Source: an uncultured delta proteobacterium (lineage in GTDB: Bacteria > Myxococcota_A > Polyangia > Polyangiales > B10-G4). From it: a stretch of DNA of 64,000 bases. The DNA lies in NCBI GenBank assembly GCA_963727445.1, contig CAVSGI010000010.1:768001-832000 (forward strand). The letters are read 5' to 3'. A program made the translations under genes and the position numbers. Below the pieces are notes generated by a model. The model was not told the DNA's origin. It worked only from the letters and a program-made list of their open reading frames with translations, and made no database searches. Positions 1 through 10,025 of this stretch are shown here, piece by piece (the first letter of the stretch is position 1; each line of letters starts with the position of its first letter).

Positions 1-128
1 ATGTCCGAAATGCACTCCGTGTCCGACGAGCACGACTCGCCGAACACCTTGGTCGGTTCGGGATCCGAGCCACACGACACCAGGACCATCGAATAGGTCA
101 TCACGATCACAGCAATGGTTCTCTTCAT
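1..128 (-). CDS. 5' part of a Cys-rich lipoprotein, runs off window start
   Basis: Manual translation MKRTIAVIVMTYSMVLVSCGSDPEPTKVFGESCSSDTECISD; signal peptide with lipobox LVSC; GAGGG RBS-like sequence upstream. Confidence 0.65.
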   Translation of the reverse strand, partial: MKRTIAVIVMTYSMVLVSCGSDPEPTKVFGESCSSDTECISD

Positions 129-374
129 GTTCATCCCTCAGTCGATGTCGGGAGGAGCTTGCGCAACGACGCCGCCAGAAGTGAGCAGCACGACGACGAA
201 TGCGGCCCGGGCCGCGGGCCTCGCATGCGCGAATTCCGCCGCTTTCGCGACACGCGCGCCTCTTCTCCCACCCATGGGAGCAGCATTGCGTTCAGGGCCC
301 CGCTCCTGGTCGATCGATATCACCCACCCGGAAGATTGAGCCACCTGGCCCAATCTCACCCGTGCATCAGGAAT

Positions 375-1193
375 TCACTTGACGCCGCGATCCGGGCGCG
401 CCCTCAGCAATCCCCAGAGGCTCAGGTCGCTCGCGCCTTCGACGAGGCTGAGGATCTCCCAGACGTCGGCGATGGTCTCGATGTCGAGGGCGTCGAGGAG
501 GGGCTTCTGTAGACGCTTGCGGGTGCCGCGGGAGACGCCGAGGCGTTCGTCGAGGGACTCGTTGCCGAAGAAGAGGTACTGCTGCACCAGGACCTTGTGC
601 CAGTCGGTGAGGCGGTGGTCGGGGTCGGGGTCAGATTGAAAGTACGCGATGATCTTGTCGAGGCTCTGCTGATACGAAGGCCACTTCGCGACCATCCGGA
701 AGTAACGGCGCAGCTCCGTTCCTTCGCCGGGCTTCGAGCGGAAGATCGCGCCCAGACGACAAGGGGCGACGATGAGCTGGTCGTCGGTGAGCCCCGACAG
801 GACGAGCGCGGCGGTGAAGCTCACCAGGTCCTCGCGCGCGCGCCGCAGGAAGTCGAGACCGTCGCCGCCCTCGCCCAGGTTGACGTCGATGAGCATGCCG
901 GCGACGTCGTTCGACTCCAAGAAAGCGAGCGCGCCGTCGGCGGTGGTCTCGACGTGGGTACGTGCGCCCATCCGCCGCGCCGCGCGCCCGTGCGAGCTCG
1001 CGACGACCGGCATGTCCTCGACGATCAGAAGCAGACCGGACTCCGAACGGACCGCGGCATGGCGCATGCCGCTGCCGCGTTGTCGCTTGGACTCGTCGAC
1101 CCCTTCAGTCGGCTCGTCGCCCGACTGCCCCATGTCCCTCAGTATGGACCATTCGCCTCCGCCGGAGAAGGTGCGACTCGACGGCACACTCAT
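375..1193 (-). CDS. Response regulator (receiver domain plus probable degenerate C-terminal HTH)
   Basis: LLIVED acidic pocket, MLIDVNL phospho-Asp, VLSG, SKP; C-terminal LDERLGVSRGTRKRL is HTH-like; ATGA overlap with upstream gene; true start could be 1133 or 1067. Confidence 0.75.
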   Translation of the reverse strand: MSVPSSRTFSGGGEWSILRDMGQSGDEPTEGVDESKRQRGSGMRHAAVRSESGLLLIVEDMPVVASSHGRAARRMGARTHVETTADGALAFLESNDVAGMLIDVNLGEGGDGLDFLRRAREDLVSFTAALVLSGLTDDQLIVAPCRLGAIFRSKPGEGTELRRYFRMVAKWPSYQQSLDKIIAYFQSDPDPDHRLTDWHKVLVQQYLFFGNESLDERLGVSRGTRKRLQKPLLDALDIETIADVWEILSLVEGASDLSLWGLLRARPDRGVK

Positions 1194-2956
1194 TCGCAGG
1201 TGACGGGGCGCTCTCCGGGAAAGCTGACGCGCGGATGGCGGGGATCGAGCTCGTCGCGCGCGCGCACGCGGCCGAGCTCGCTCAATCGCTCGGCGAGACG
1301 ATCCCGCATGAGGTCGCCGCCGAGGATCTCGGCCCGTCCGTCGCGCCAGGCGGCGGTGAGCGTGTCGTTGCCGCCGGTGACGAGGAAGTCGCTCGCGACC
1401 ACCAGGAGCTCGTCGTCGGGGCGGACGCGCCGCCCGTCGTCACGGCGGATCTCGATCTGGAGCGCCCCGTCACGACAGGTCGCGCGCACGCGGACGCCCG
1501 CGTAGCTGTCGAAGGTTCCGGTGGTGGTCAGGTCGTGCCGGATCATCGCCTCGACCTCCGCCCCCGTGAGACGCGCGGTGGCGAGGAGGTTGTCGAAGGG
1601 GAAGACGCCGTGCAGCCCGCCGTAGGTGAGCTCGCCTTCGGGGAGGGACCCGCGGATGCCGCCGCCGTTCATGATCGCCATGTCCGCACCGTCCACGGTG
1701 CTCTCGATCAGATCCGCCAGGAGATTGCCGAGGGCGGACTCCTTCTCGATCTCGTCCGGGAACGCGCCTTGAACGCGCACGCCGAGCTCACGCGCTTCCA
1801 CCGCCGAAGCCCGCTCGAGGTAGGGCGTGATCACGGTCGTCATCGCATCGACGCGCCGGACCGGCGCGCCCTCGTACTCGCCCGCCTCGCAGGTCTCGAA
1901 GGCCGCGTCGTGCTCCTCGCAGAGGAAGCGCGGCGGATAGATCGTCCGCTCGAGGACCTCGCCGTCGCTCGGGCGCACCACCATGTCGACCCGTCCGAAA
2001 GCGATCCCGTAGGCATAGGACTCGATGATCGCGATGCCGTTGACCTCGTGGGCGACGCCGCGATGCGTGTGACCCGCCACGATCAGGTCGACGTAGCCCT
2101 CCGGCAGCGCGCGCGCCACCTCGAAGATCTCCTGGTCGTCCTCGCAGGTGGAGGCGTCGGTCGGATCGGTGCAGTCCTGGCACTTACCGCCGGCGTGCGC
2201 GGAGACGACGACCACGTCCGCTCCCTGTGCCCGCAGGGACTCGGTGTACTCCGTGATGGTCTCGACCAGCGGCCGCATGGCGAGGTCGCGCACGTTGCCC
2301 GACGCCGTCGTGCGCAGCGTCTCGAAGGTGCTGATCCCGATGATGCCGACCTGCACGCCGTCCACGTCGACCATCATCGCTGGCGGCATGTTGTCGTCCC
2401 ACGCGACGCGCTCGCCGGTCTCCGCGACCAGGATGTTCGCCGTCATGATCGGGAATTCCGCCTCGCGGGCGCGCGCGATCAGCGCGCCGCGCGGGTCGTC
2501 TCCATCCCCGGTCGGCGTGGCCGAGTCGCCCACCGGGCCGTAGTCGAACTCGTGGTTGCCCACGGCGGCGGCGGTGTAGTCGAGCGCGTTCATCCCGGCG
2601 ATCACCGATGCGCCCTCGACCAGGTTCGACTCCAGGGTGCCCTGGAACATGTCGCCAGCGTCGATCAACAGCATCGCACCGCCGTCGCGCTCGCGGGCGC
2701 GGCGGAGGTTTTCGAGGTAGCCGGCGAGGAGCGGCAGCGCGCGGATGTGGCCGTGCAGGTCGTTGGTGCCGACGAAAGAGAGGGTGACCGGTGCCGCCGC
2801 TACCTCTTCACCGCCCGCGCCGTTTCCGTTGTCGTGCTCGATGCCGTCGCCGACATCGGTCGCGCCCGAACCGCATCCCATCGCCAGCGCGAAGAGGATC
2901 AGGGCAAGCGAGGCGACGGGAGCATTCTCGAGATGTGCTCTAGCCCTAGCCATCAC
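1190..2956 (-). CDS. Bifunctional 5'-nucleotidase / UDP-sugar hydrolase family metallophosphoesterase lipoprotein
   Basis: NDLHG, DAGD, GNHEFD, AGHTH metallophosphoesterase motifs; NGGGIR and FPFDN in the C-terminal domain; lipobox AMGC. Confidence 0.9.
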   Translation of the reverse strand: MMARARAHLENAPVASLALILFALAMGCGSGATDVGDGIEHDNGNGAGGEEVAAAPVTLSFVGTNDLHGHIRALPLLAGYLENLRRARERDGGAMLLIDAGDMFQGTLESNLVEGASVIAGMNALDYTAAAVGNHEFDYGPVGDSATPTGDGDDPRGALIARAREAEFPIMTANILVAETGERVAWDDNMPPAMMVDVDGVQVGIIGISTFETLRTTASGNVRDLAMRPLVETITEYTESLRAQGADVVVVSAHAGGKCQDCTDPTDASTCEDDQEIFEVARALPEGYVDLIVAGHTHRGVAHEVNGIAIIESYAYGIAFGRVDMVVRPSDGEVLERTIYPPRFLCEEHDAAFETCEAGEYEGAPVRRVDAMTTVITPYLERASAVEARELGVRVQGAFPDEIEKESALGNLLADLIESTVDGADMAIMNGGGIRGSLPEGELTYGGLHGVFPFDNLLATARLTGAEVEAMIRHDLTTTGTFDSYAGVRVRATCRDGALQIEIRRDDGRRVRPDDELLVVASDFLVTGGNDTLTAAWRDGRAEILGGDLMRDRLAERLSELGRVRARDELDPRHPRVSFPGERPVTCE

Positions 2957-2965
2957 CCGCGCACT

Positions 2966-3769
2966 CTACTCCGCGAGGAGCGCCGCGAACAACGGCTCGG
3001 CGTCGCCCTCGGCGAGGGTGCGCACGGTCATCCCGTTGGCGCAGATCGTCTCGCCGCGCATCACGCGATGCTTGCAGACCAGCGCGCCTTCGGCGGTGCG
3101 GCCCACGGGGGTCGTCTCCACCACGGCCTGCTCCCCCGCCCCGAGACCGGCGCGGAAGGTGAGCGTCTCCGCCACCGGCGAGAGGGCCACCGGCGAAAGC
3201 CCCGCCGCCACCATGCGCCGGCTGATCGCCTCGTCGCAGAAGTCGAGGTAACCGGGGTGGTTCACGTGATCGAGCGGATCCATCGTCGTGTACCAGGGCG
3301 CGAAGGCGAAGCGATGCGTGGGACCCTCGATGGCCTCGTACTCCGGCATCTGAACCGATGGGTCCTCGTCGTGCAGCGGAAAGGCCTCCAGCAGCTCCGA
3401 CCCTGCGCGCGTCGGCTCGAGGGTGGCGCTGGTGTAGACCCACTCCTGGGTCGCTGCCGCCACCGGCCCCCGGTCGCCGAAGAGGCGCACCTCGCGCGTC
3501 GAGAACATCTGCCGGCGAAATCGCGAGACCCAGGTGCGCGCCCGCGTGCCCTCGCCGTACTCGGCCTCGCGGAAATGACGCACGGTCATCGAGCGCACGA
3601 TGAAGGCGGTCTCGGTCTGCCGGTAGCGCATGGGCGGCCAGCCGGCGCGCGTCGACGCCTCGACGGCGGCTTCCTGGATGCAGCGCCACACGTCGGCGGC
3701 GCGCGCCGCGTCACGCGCGGAGAAGGCGTGCCGCGGAAGACGCAGCGGAAATTCCCAGACCGCTTCCAC
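2966..3769 (-). CDS. Acyl-ACP/acyl-CoA thioesterase (double hotdog fold)
   Basis: IQEAA and RTWV in first hotdog; MDPLDHVNHPGY matches the D..GHVNN..Y thioesterase motif. Confidence 0.8.
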   Translation of the reverse strand: MEAVWEFPLRLPRHAFSARDAARAADVWRCIQEAAVEASTRAGWPPMRYRQTETAFIVRSMTVRHFREAEYGEGTRARTWVSRFRRQMFSTREVRLFGDRGPVAAATQEWVYTSATLEPTRAGSELLEAFPLHDEDPSVQMPEYEAIEGPTHRFAFAPWYTTMDPLDHVNHPGYLDFCDEAISRRMVAAGLSPVALSPVAETLTFRAGLGAGEQAVVETTPVGRTAEGALVCKHRVMRGETICANGMTVRTLAEGDAEPLFAALLAE

Positions 3770-3777
3770 GTCGCGGC

Positions 3778-4194
3778 TCAGTGCGTGCGCAGGTTCCAGG
3801 TGCGGGTGACCCGCCCCGAGGTGTCGAAGCCGACGATCAGGACCGGCACGGCGCCGGTGCGACCCTCGCCCATCTGGCCGACGGTGTAGAACCAGTCGTC
3901 GTCCGAGAAGCCGTTCTCGGCGCAGCGCGGATGACGCGAGCAGGGATCGCCGCGGCCGATCGCCTCTTCGAGGTCGTGGCGGAACATCTCGTTCAGCACG
4001 CCGTCGTCGAGGATCTTCTCGACGAGGCGGCTGTTCTCCGCGGCTTCGTCGGGCGTGCTCAGGTTCTTCTGGATGGCCGTGCGGAGCTTCGGCAGCGCCT
4101 CGTCACGCGACATCGGCACCGCGCCGCATGCGGCGAGGAGGACGGTCGCGAGGAGGGAAAGGGCTGTGAGGACGGCGAAGGCATTTGTTCGCAT
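3778..4194 (-). CDS. Hypothetical lipoprotein
   Basis: Signal peptide with lipobox LAAC; globular composition; co-directional with flanking genes. Confidence 0.7.
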   Translation of the reverse strand: MRTNAFAVLTALSLLATVLLAACGAVPMSRDEALPKLRTAIQKNLSTPDEAAENSRLVEKILDDGVLNEMFRHDLEEAIGRGDPCSRHPRCAENGFSDDDWFYTVGQMGEGRTGAVPVLIVGFDTSGRVTRTWNLRTH

Positions 4195-4220
4195 GACGCG
4201 GGAGAATACGGGCACGTGTA

Positions 4221-4319
4221 TGGGGACGCTAGATTGACAATTGACTTACGCCCAACCAAACCTCCCCTGTCCTCCCCAGCGGCCCCTGGCGTAAGTCAAT
4301 TGTCAATCTAGCGTCCCCA
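4221..4319. repeat. REP/MITE-like element copy 1, perfect 32-bp terminal inverted repeats
   Basis: TGGGGACGCTAGATTGACAATTGACTTACGCC at 4221-4252; exact reverse complement at 4288-4319. Confidence 0.85.
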
Positions 4320-4371
4320 CAGGGACTTCGCGGCCGATGCCGTGGGGGAGGATCCAGAAGGGGCACGTGTA

Positions 4372-4471
4372 TGGGGACGCTAGATTGACAATTGACTTAC
4401 GCCCAACCAAACCTCCCCTGTCCTCCCCAGCGGCCCCCTGGCGTAAGTCAATTGTCAATCTAGCGTCCCCA
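4372..4471. repeat. REP/MITE-like element copy 2
   Basis: Same 32-bp inverted repeats (4372-4403 and 4440-4471); right arm supplies the last codons (LGTLD) and TGA stop of the MBL gene. Confidence 0.85.
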
Positions 4472-5486
4472 GAGGGACTTCGCGGCCGATGCCGTGGGGG
4501 AGGATCCAGAAGTGCTCGGCTTCGTCCCAGCGGAAGGCGGCGCGAAAGTCGGCGACGGCCTGGCCGTAGGCTTCGTCGGTCTGCTGGAAGGTGCCGTAGT
4601 GACAGGGCACGGCCGTTCGGGCGCCGAGGATGCGGCTGGCGAGGACGGCCTCGTGCGGCGCGAGGTGGAAGGGCGCCATCAAGGTACGCGGCAGGTACGC
4701 GCCGATCGGCATGATCGCGAGCCGCGTCGGACCGAAGCGTTGGCGCACCTCGTAGAACTGCGGACCGAAGGCGGTGTCACCCGCGTAGAAGATCGGCCCG
4801 CCCGGCCCCTCGAAGAGGTAGCTCACCCAAAGCGTGCGATCGAAATCGCTGAGCCCGCGTCCCGAGAAGTGCTGCGCGGGCGTCGCGCTCACGCGAACGC
4901 CGGGCGCGAGGTCGAGCGCGTCCCACCAATCGAGCGCCACTCCGCCGCCGATCCCCTCCTCCTCGAGGAGCAGGTCCACCCCGAGACCCACGACGATGCG
5001 CGGCGAATGCTCCTCGGCGAGACGGCGCAGCGTCGGCACGTCCATGTGGTCGTAGTGGTTGTGGCTGATCAGCACCACGTCGATGGGCGGTAGGTCGCGA
5101 AAGCGGATCGCCGGCGCGCGCTTGCGCCGCGGACCGGTGCCTTCGAAGGGACCGACGGTCTCGGACCACACCGGATCGGTGAGCACGTTGAGACCCGCCG
5201 TCTGAAAGAGGACCGTCGAATGACCGATGAAGGTGACGCGAAGGGCGTCGCCTTCCACGCGATCGGGCGGCGCTGGCCCCGGCTCCTGCGGGATCACCTC
5301 CGGCCACTCCGGCGGGTCGCGGGTGATCGCCCAACGCATGAAGTCGCCCATGCGGCGCGGCGGGTTCGGCACCTGGTTTTCGAAGAAGTAGCCGCTGAAG
5401 TGGTCGGACTCGGGCCCGCGGTAGCGCGGCGCGGCGACGCAGCTCAAGAGCGGAAACACCGCGAGGGCGACGAGGACGCGGGTCAT
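4455..5486 (-). CDS. MBL-fold metallo-hydrolase (NAPE-PLD/RomA-like), lipoprotein
   Basis: GHST, TDPVWS, SHNHYDH, PAQHFSGR, AGDT, PIGAY, HYGTF motifs; signal MTRVLVALAVFPLLSC. Confidence 0.9.
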   Translation of the reverse strand: MTRVLVALAVFPLLSCVAAPRYRGPESDHFSGYFFENQVPNPPRRMGDFMRWAITRDPPEWPEVIPQEPGPAPPDRVEGDALRVTFIGHSTVLFQTAGLNVLTDPVWSETVGPFEGTGPRRKRAPAIRFRDLPPIDVVLISHNHYDHMDVPTLRRLAEEHSPRIVVGLGVDLLLEEEGIGGGVALDWWDALDLAPGVRVSATPAQHFSGRGLSDFDRTLWVSYLFEGPGGPIFYAGDTAFGPQFYEVRQRFGPTRLAIMPIGAYLPRTLMAPFHLAPHEAVLASRILGARTAVPCHYGTFQQTDEAYGQAVADFRAAFRWDEAEHFWILPHGIGREVPLGTLD

Positions 5487-5496
5487 CGAAGGGGGA

Positions 5497-6264
5497 TCAG
5501 TGGGGGCCTGTGCCCTCTTCCGCAAGCGACGATTCTTCCGAGGGCTCCGGTCCGTCCTCTTCGGACCCCGCCGGCCCCAACGCGTCCCGCGCCTCACAAG
5601 CCGACTCGAGGCCTTCGTCGCAAGCCATCCCGTAGAGCTCGCGCGCACGGTCGACATCCTCTTCGATGCCGCGCCCCTCCGCCATCAGGAAGGCGAGGTT
5701 GTTGCAGCCCTCCGGGCTTCCTCGGCTGCACGCCTTCTCGTAGAGCTCCGCGGCACGCCCGTCGTCCGCCGCCACGCCGTCGCCCAGCCGATAGCGGTTG
5801 CCGAGGTTGAAGCATCCGTCGCCGTGGTTGCCGTCGCAGGCCTGCTCGAAGAGCGACACCGCACGCGCGAGATCCTCCGGGACACCCTCACCACGCTGAT
5901 AGAGGAGCGCGAGGTTGTTGCAGCCCGCAGGCTCGCCGCCCTCGCACGCTTCGTTGTAGTAGCTGGCGGCGCGCACCGGATCCCGCGCCAGCCCCGTTCC
6001 CTCCTCGTAGGCGAGACCGAGAAACGCACAACCGTAGGGGACTCTGTGCTCACACGCCCAGGTCGCTCGGTCGAGGGCTTCGCTCCGCCGGCCCGAGGTC
6101 CAGGCCGCGAAGATCTCTGCTTCACAGCGCTCGGGCTCACAAGCGAGACGCTCTTCGTCGCCGTCGTCCACGCGCCGGACAGGCGCCGGCGGATGCGGGC
6201 TGGCTGTGGCGCAACCGGCGAGGCCGGTGAGGAAGGCCACGAGGACGAGCACACGAGGGGTCAC
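5497..6264 (-). CDS. Sel1-like repeat lipoprotein
   Basis: Repeats of GC.NL...Y..G.GV..D..RA..LY..AC; lipobox LAGC; GTG start inferred. Confidence 0.85.
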   Translation of the reverse strand: MTPRVLVLVAFLTGLAGCATASPHPPAPVRRVDDGDEERLACEPERCEAEIFAAWTSGRRSEALDRATWACEHRVPYGCAFLGLAYEEGTGLARDPVRAASYYNEACEGGEPAGCNNLALLYQRGEGVPEDLARAVSLFEQACDGNHGDGCFNLGNRYRLGDGVAADDGRAAELYEKACSRGSPEGCNNLAFLMAEGRGIEEDVDRARELYGMACDEGLESACEARDALGPAGSEEDGPEPSEESSLAEEGTGPH

Positions 6265-6355
6265 GCCGCGGAGGGTATCGGGTGTATTCTGCGCGTCCAG
6301 CCGGGGGCCCACGATTTCCGAAGACCAAAAAGAGTCACGATTCGCCACCACGCGC

Positions 6356-7198
6356 ATGTGCGACGGCGCGTTCCTCGAGCGCTTCGAGCCGACCACGCGG
6401 GACAGCGACGTCTTCGTCGCGACGGCGGCCAAGTCGGGCCAGACCTGGCTCCTCGCTCTGCTCTTTCATCTGAAGACGCGCGGCCTCGAGCCCGACTATC
6501 GCGGGACGGGCCTCCTGCGCCAGACCCCGTGGCTCGAGCTCCCCTTCGACATCGTCACCGACGAGAAGTGGGATCACGACACGAAGCTCGCGACGCTCGA
6601 AGCCCTCGACGACCCTCGCATCTTCAAGATGCACGTGACCTATCCGGAGATCCCGCGACCGGCCGGATCGAAGGCGCGGATCATGACCGTGACACGCGAC
6701 CCGCGGGACCTTCCCTACTCGATGTTCCGCCACCTCGCCGGCCTCAAGGGCGACTGGCCGGGCAAGCCGCCGACGGACGACTTCGACAGCTACTTCGAGC
6801 ACTGGTTCGAGTATGGCTACGTCTACACCTTCCTGCAGTCCTTCTGGCCACACCGCGACGACGAGGACGTGCTCTGGCTCCGCTTCGAGGACATGAAAGA
6901 GGATCTCGTCCGCGAGGCGACGAAGATCGTGGCCTTTCTCGGCTGGGAGGTCGACGGCGAGGCCATCGCGCGCTCCGTGGCCAACGTCGACTTCGCCCGG
7001 ATGCAACAGAACGAAAAGCGCGAAGTCATGCACACCGGCAAAGAGCGCTGGGAAAAGGACGCGCAATTCTTCCGCGAGGGCGCCGTGGGGAAAAATCGCG
7101 CCCGACTGAACGAAGACCAGGAAGCGCGCATCATCGAGCGCGCCAAAGAGACGCTTTCACCGGAGTGCGTCGAATTCGTCTTCGCCCAGGGGCTCTGA
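6356..7198 (+). CDS. PAPS-dependent sulfotransferase
   Basis: TAAKSGQTW (5'-PSB loop), KMH, RDPRD..YS (3'-PB), RFEDMK, FFREG.VG; start uncertain. Confidence 0.88.
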   Translation: MCDGAFLERFEPTTRDSDVFVATAAKSGQTWLLALLFHLKTRGLEPDYRGTGLLRQTPWLELPFDIVTDEKWDHDTKLATLEALDDPRIFKMHVTYPEIPRPAGSKARIMTVTRDPRDLPYSMFRHLAGLKGDWPGKPPTDDFDSYFEHWFEYGYVYTFLQSFWPHRDDEDVLWLRFEDMKEDLVREATKIVAFLGWEVDGEAIARSVANVDFARMQQNEKREVMHTGKERWEKDAQFFREGAVGKNRARLNEDQEARIIERAKETLSPECVEFVFAQGL

Positions 7199-7226
7199 GC
7201 AGGCGGAAGCGCGTTATGATCGCCGG

Positions 7227-9248
7227 GTGAGAGTTCCTCTCTCGGCGTGGATGGGGAGCGCGCTCGTGGCTCTGGCCGCGTGCTCCGACGACGCGGGGGT
7301 GATCGACGCGAGCGGTGACACCGCGGTCGACGTGCCCGAGGACGTGATGGAGAGGGTTCCCGACCCGATGCCTCCTGCGCCACCGGCCCTCCCCGCCCTC
7401 ACCCCATGCCCCGATGGTTGGCAGGAGGTCGCGGTCGGGCCCACCCGCGCGTGCGAGCCGTGGCCCGAAGGGACCGAGGGATGCACCTTCCCCGAGGTCC
7501 GATTCGTCGGCGAGGACGCATGCGCGCCGCTCGGCCCCGCCTGTCCGATGACGGGGGACTGGCCCGCGGAGCTCGCCGACGACGGCGCGGTGATCTTCGT
7601 TCGCGAGGGAGCGATGGGCGGCGACGGATCCATGGGCGCGCCCTTCGGGACGCTCGCCGACGCGGTCACGGCGGTGACCGCTGGACAGACGATCGCGCTC
7701 GCCATCGGGACCTACGACGGCGACATCGAGGTGCCCGAGGACGTGACGGTGCGCGGGGCGTGCGTCGCGGGCACCGAGGTCGTCGGCTCGCCGGGCGACA
7801 TTCCCCTGGCGACGTTCTCACTGCAGCCCGGCTCGGCGGTGCGCGACCTGCGCATCAGCGGCGGGCGAAGCGGCATCTTGTTGAACTCCGGGGGTGCCGC
7901 GTCGGTCGCGAATCTCTGGATCGGAGGCGCTGGGCTCGGCCTCGGTGTGAGCAACACCGGCACGGTCCTCGACGCCGAGAACATCGTCATCGAAGATCTG
8001 GTGAGGTCGGACGACGGGCCGATCGGCGTCTTCGTCGTCAACGACTCGGAGGCCACCGTCCGGCGCCTCTACGTGCAGGGGCTCGAGGGAACGCCCGTGG
8101 GCGCGAATGGGGGCGGACACGTCACGGTCGAAGACGCGGCGCTCCTCGACACCACCGCCCCACCGAGCACCGCCCTCGGCATCGGGGCGTCGGCGCTCAA
8201 TCGGGGCTTCATGGAGCTGCGGCGCGTCCTGGTCGATGGCACGAACTCTGCCGGCGTATTCGTCGCCATGAACGGCAACGCGACACTCACCGACGTGGTG
8301 GTGCGCAACGTCCAGCTCACGGAAGGACGGGGCGCCGGCTCCTTCGGCATCGGCGTGACGAACGGCTCGACAGCGAGCGTGGAACGAATCTTCGTCTCTC
8401 ACTCCGAGGCATCTCCAATCCTGGTCCTGGGCTTTCGCTCTCAGATGACGGGAACCGACGTGGTCGCGGCCTCGCCTCTGCCCGCGACCGTGGAAGAGCT
8501 GACGGCGACCGGGATCCTGGTCGACACCGGTCAGGTCGATCTCGAGCGCGTGCTCGTCCACGACGTCCGAAACGCAGGAGTGACCATCACCCGCATGCAG
8601 AGCAGCGGGACCTTCCGCGACCTCACGGTCGAAGGCACCCGCCCGGAGACGGTCGGTGAGGCGGCGCTCGGCATCGACGTCAACATGAGCGGCGTCGCCA
8701 GCATCGAACGGGCCGCACTGAGCGACAACGTCGCAGGCGGCGTCGTGGTGTCGGGGGCGAGTAGCAGCATCACGCTGCGCGACATCCTCATCTCCGGAAC
8801 GCTCCCCACCGAGAGCGGCCGATTCGGCCGGGGGCTCGCCGTGCAGGGTGGGGCGGCGCTCAGCGCCGAGCGCATCTCGGTCGTCGACAACGTCGAGGTC
8901 GGCGTCTTCGTTCACGGCGAGGGACCGCTGGCCATGCTGCGCGACGTCTCCATCGAGCGCACCCTCCTGAGCGACGACTCGGGGGCGGGAAACGGCCTCG
9001 CCGCCGTGGAGTCGGCCCAGGTCGACGTCGATGGCTTCCGCATCGCCGACAACGCCCTCGCGGGGATCCAGATCGCCACCGGTGCGCGGGTGATCGCGCA
9101 CGCGGGCGTGGTCAGCGGCAGCCCCATCGGGGTGAACATTCAGATGAGCGACGTCGATCCGAGCGATTTCTCGGACCGCGTCGTCTACGTCGACAACCAG
9201 CAGAACCTCGACGCGAGCGAGCTGCCGGTCCCCTCACCTACCCAGTGA
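7227..9248 (+). CDS. Lipoprotein with right-handed parallel beta-helix repeats
   Basis: Lipobox LAAC; GDGS...PFGTL.DA...GTY motif; many PbH1-like repeats (G.G..V.......L.DV.V..T). Confidence 0.8.
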   Translation: MRVPLSAWMGSALVALAACSDDAGVIDASGDTAVDVPEDVMERVPDPMPPAPPALPALTPCPDGWQEVAVGPTRACEPWPEGTEGCTFPEVRFVGEDACAPLGPACPMTGDWPAELADDGAVIFVREGAMGGDGSMGAPFGTLADAVTAVTAGQTIALAIGTYDGDIEVPEDVTVRGACVAGTEVVGSPGDIPLATFSLQPGSAVRDLRISGGRSGILLNSGGAASVANLWIGGAGLGLGVSNTGTVLDAENIVIEDLVRSDDGPIGVFVVNDSEATVRRLYVQGLEGTPVGANGGGHVTVEDAALLDTTAPPSTALGIGASALNRGFMELRRVLVDGTNSAGVFVAMNGNATLTDVVVRNVQLTEGRGAGSFGIGVTNGSTASVERIFVSHSEASPILVLGFRSQMTGTDVVAASPLPATVEELTATGILVDTGQVDLERVLVHDVRNAGVTITRMQSSGTFRDLTVEGTRPETVGEAALGIDVNMSGVASIERAALSDNVAGGVVVSGASSSITLRDILISGTLPTESGRFGRGLAVQGGAALSAERISVVDNVEVGVFVHGEGPLAMLRDVSIERTLLSDDSGAGNGLAAVESAQVDVDGFRIADNALAGIQIATGARVIAHAGVVSGSPIGVNIQMSDVDPSDFSDRVVYVDNQQNLDASELPVPSPTQ

Positions 9249-9269
9249 GTGTTGAGATGGGCTCTGGTC

Positions 9270-10025
9270 TCAGGGCGTCTTTTCGCCGACGACCACGTAC
9301 TGGTAGGGCAGATCCTCTTCGAGAACGCGGGGCGTGAGCGAAGGGCGCATCTCGTCGGCCACGACCTCGGGGCGAATGCGCGCGTGAGCCGGCGGACCGT
9401 GGGGGCTGTCCTCGGTGAAGTCGACGACGTAGAGGCGGCCGGCCGCCTCGCCCTGGGCGGTGAGGGCGCGCGCGAGCTTCGCCGTGTAGGCGCCGCGGTC
9501 ACCGATGTGATGCCAGGTGTCCACGATGAGGATGCGATTCACGGAGTCGGGCGCGAGGCCGGGATCGTCGGGAGCGACCTCGCGCACCTCCACGTTGTCG
9601 AGGCCTTCGTCCTGAATGCGCTGGCGCATGTGCGCGACCATGTTGGGCTCGACGTCGAGCGCCAGCACGTGGCCCTCGGGTCCCACCGCGCGAGACAGAT
9701 ACGACAGGAAGTAGCCGGTCCCCGCACCGAGATCGACCACCGTCATCCCGGGCGCGATCTCCATCAGCGACACCACCTCTTCCGGCTTCTGCCAGGCATC
9801 GCGCTCCGGATCGTCGAAACGCGCCGCGAAGTGCTCCGCGTTGCTGAAGTCGTGATGATATCCGGCCTCCTCCCCATGCCCGTGCCCGTGCCCGTGCCCC
9901 CCCGACGTCGCCCGCCCTTCCCCGCTCCCAGCCGTCTCCCCGTTCGACGCCGCGCTCCCCCCGCACGCGCCGCCAAACGCCAGTAGCCACGCGACGACGA
10001 GCGTCGCCCCGCACGCCCCCCTCAT
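9270..10025 (-). CDS. Class I SAM-dependent methyltransferase, lipoprotein with GH repeat
   Basis: RDAWQKP, VVDLGAGTGYF, VDTWHH; signal with GGAC; GHGHGHGH linker; ATGA overlap with upstream gene. Confidence 0.88.
   Translation of the reverse strand: MRGACGATLVVAWLLAFGGACGGSAASNGETAGSGEGRATSGGHGHGHGHGEEAGYHHDFSNAEHFAARFDDPERDAWQKPEEVVSLMEIAPGMTVVDLGAGTGYFLSYLSRAVGPEGHVLALDVEPNMVAHMRQRIQDEGLDNVEVREVAPDDPGLAPDSVNRILIVDTWHHIGDRGAYTAKLARALTAQGEAAGRLYVVDFTEDSPHGPPAHARIRPEVVADEMRPSLTPRVLEEDLPYQYVVVGEKTP

Larger units (their letters stand above)
4210..4512. repeat. Tandem duplication of a ~151-bp unit
   Basis: 4210-4360 and 4362-4512 are near-identical (one extra C, one C/G substitution); each unit holds the IR element plus ~41 bp of the 3' end of the MBL gene. 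Confidence 0.95.

Noticed and set aside
138..359. 73-aa minus-strand ORF
   Set aside because: No motif, signal or convincing RBS; may be intergenic.
962..3889. 975-aa plus-strand ORF
   Set aside because: Antisense shadow of the nucleotidase and thioesterase genes; R/A/G-rich with no motifs; typical of high-GC DNA.
4210..4512. CRISPR array
   Set aside because: Repeats are inverted pairs with near-identical intervening sequence rather than unique spacers; no cas genes.
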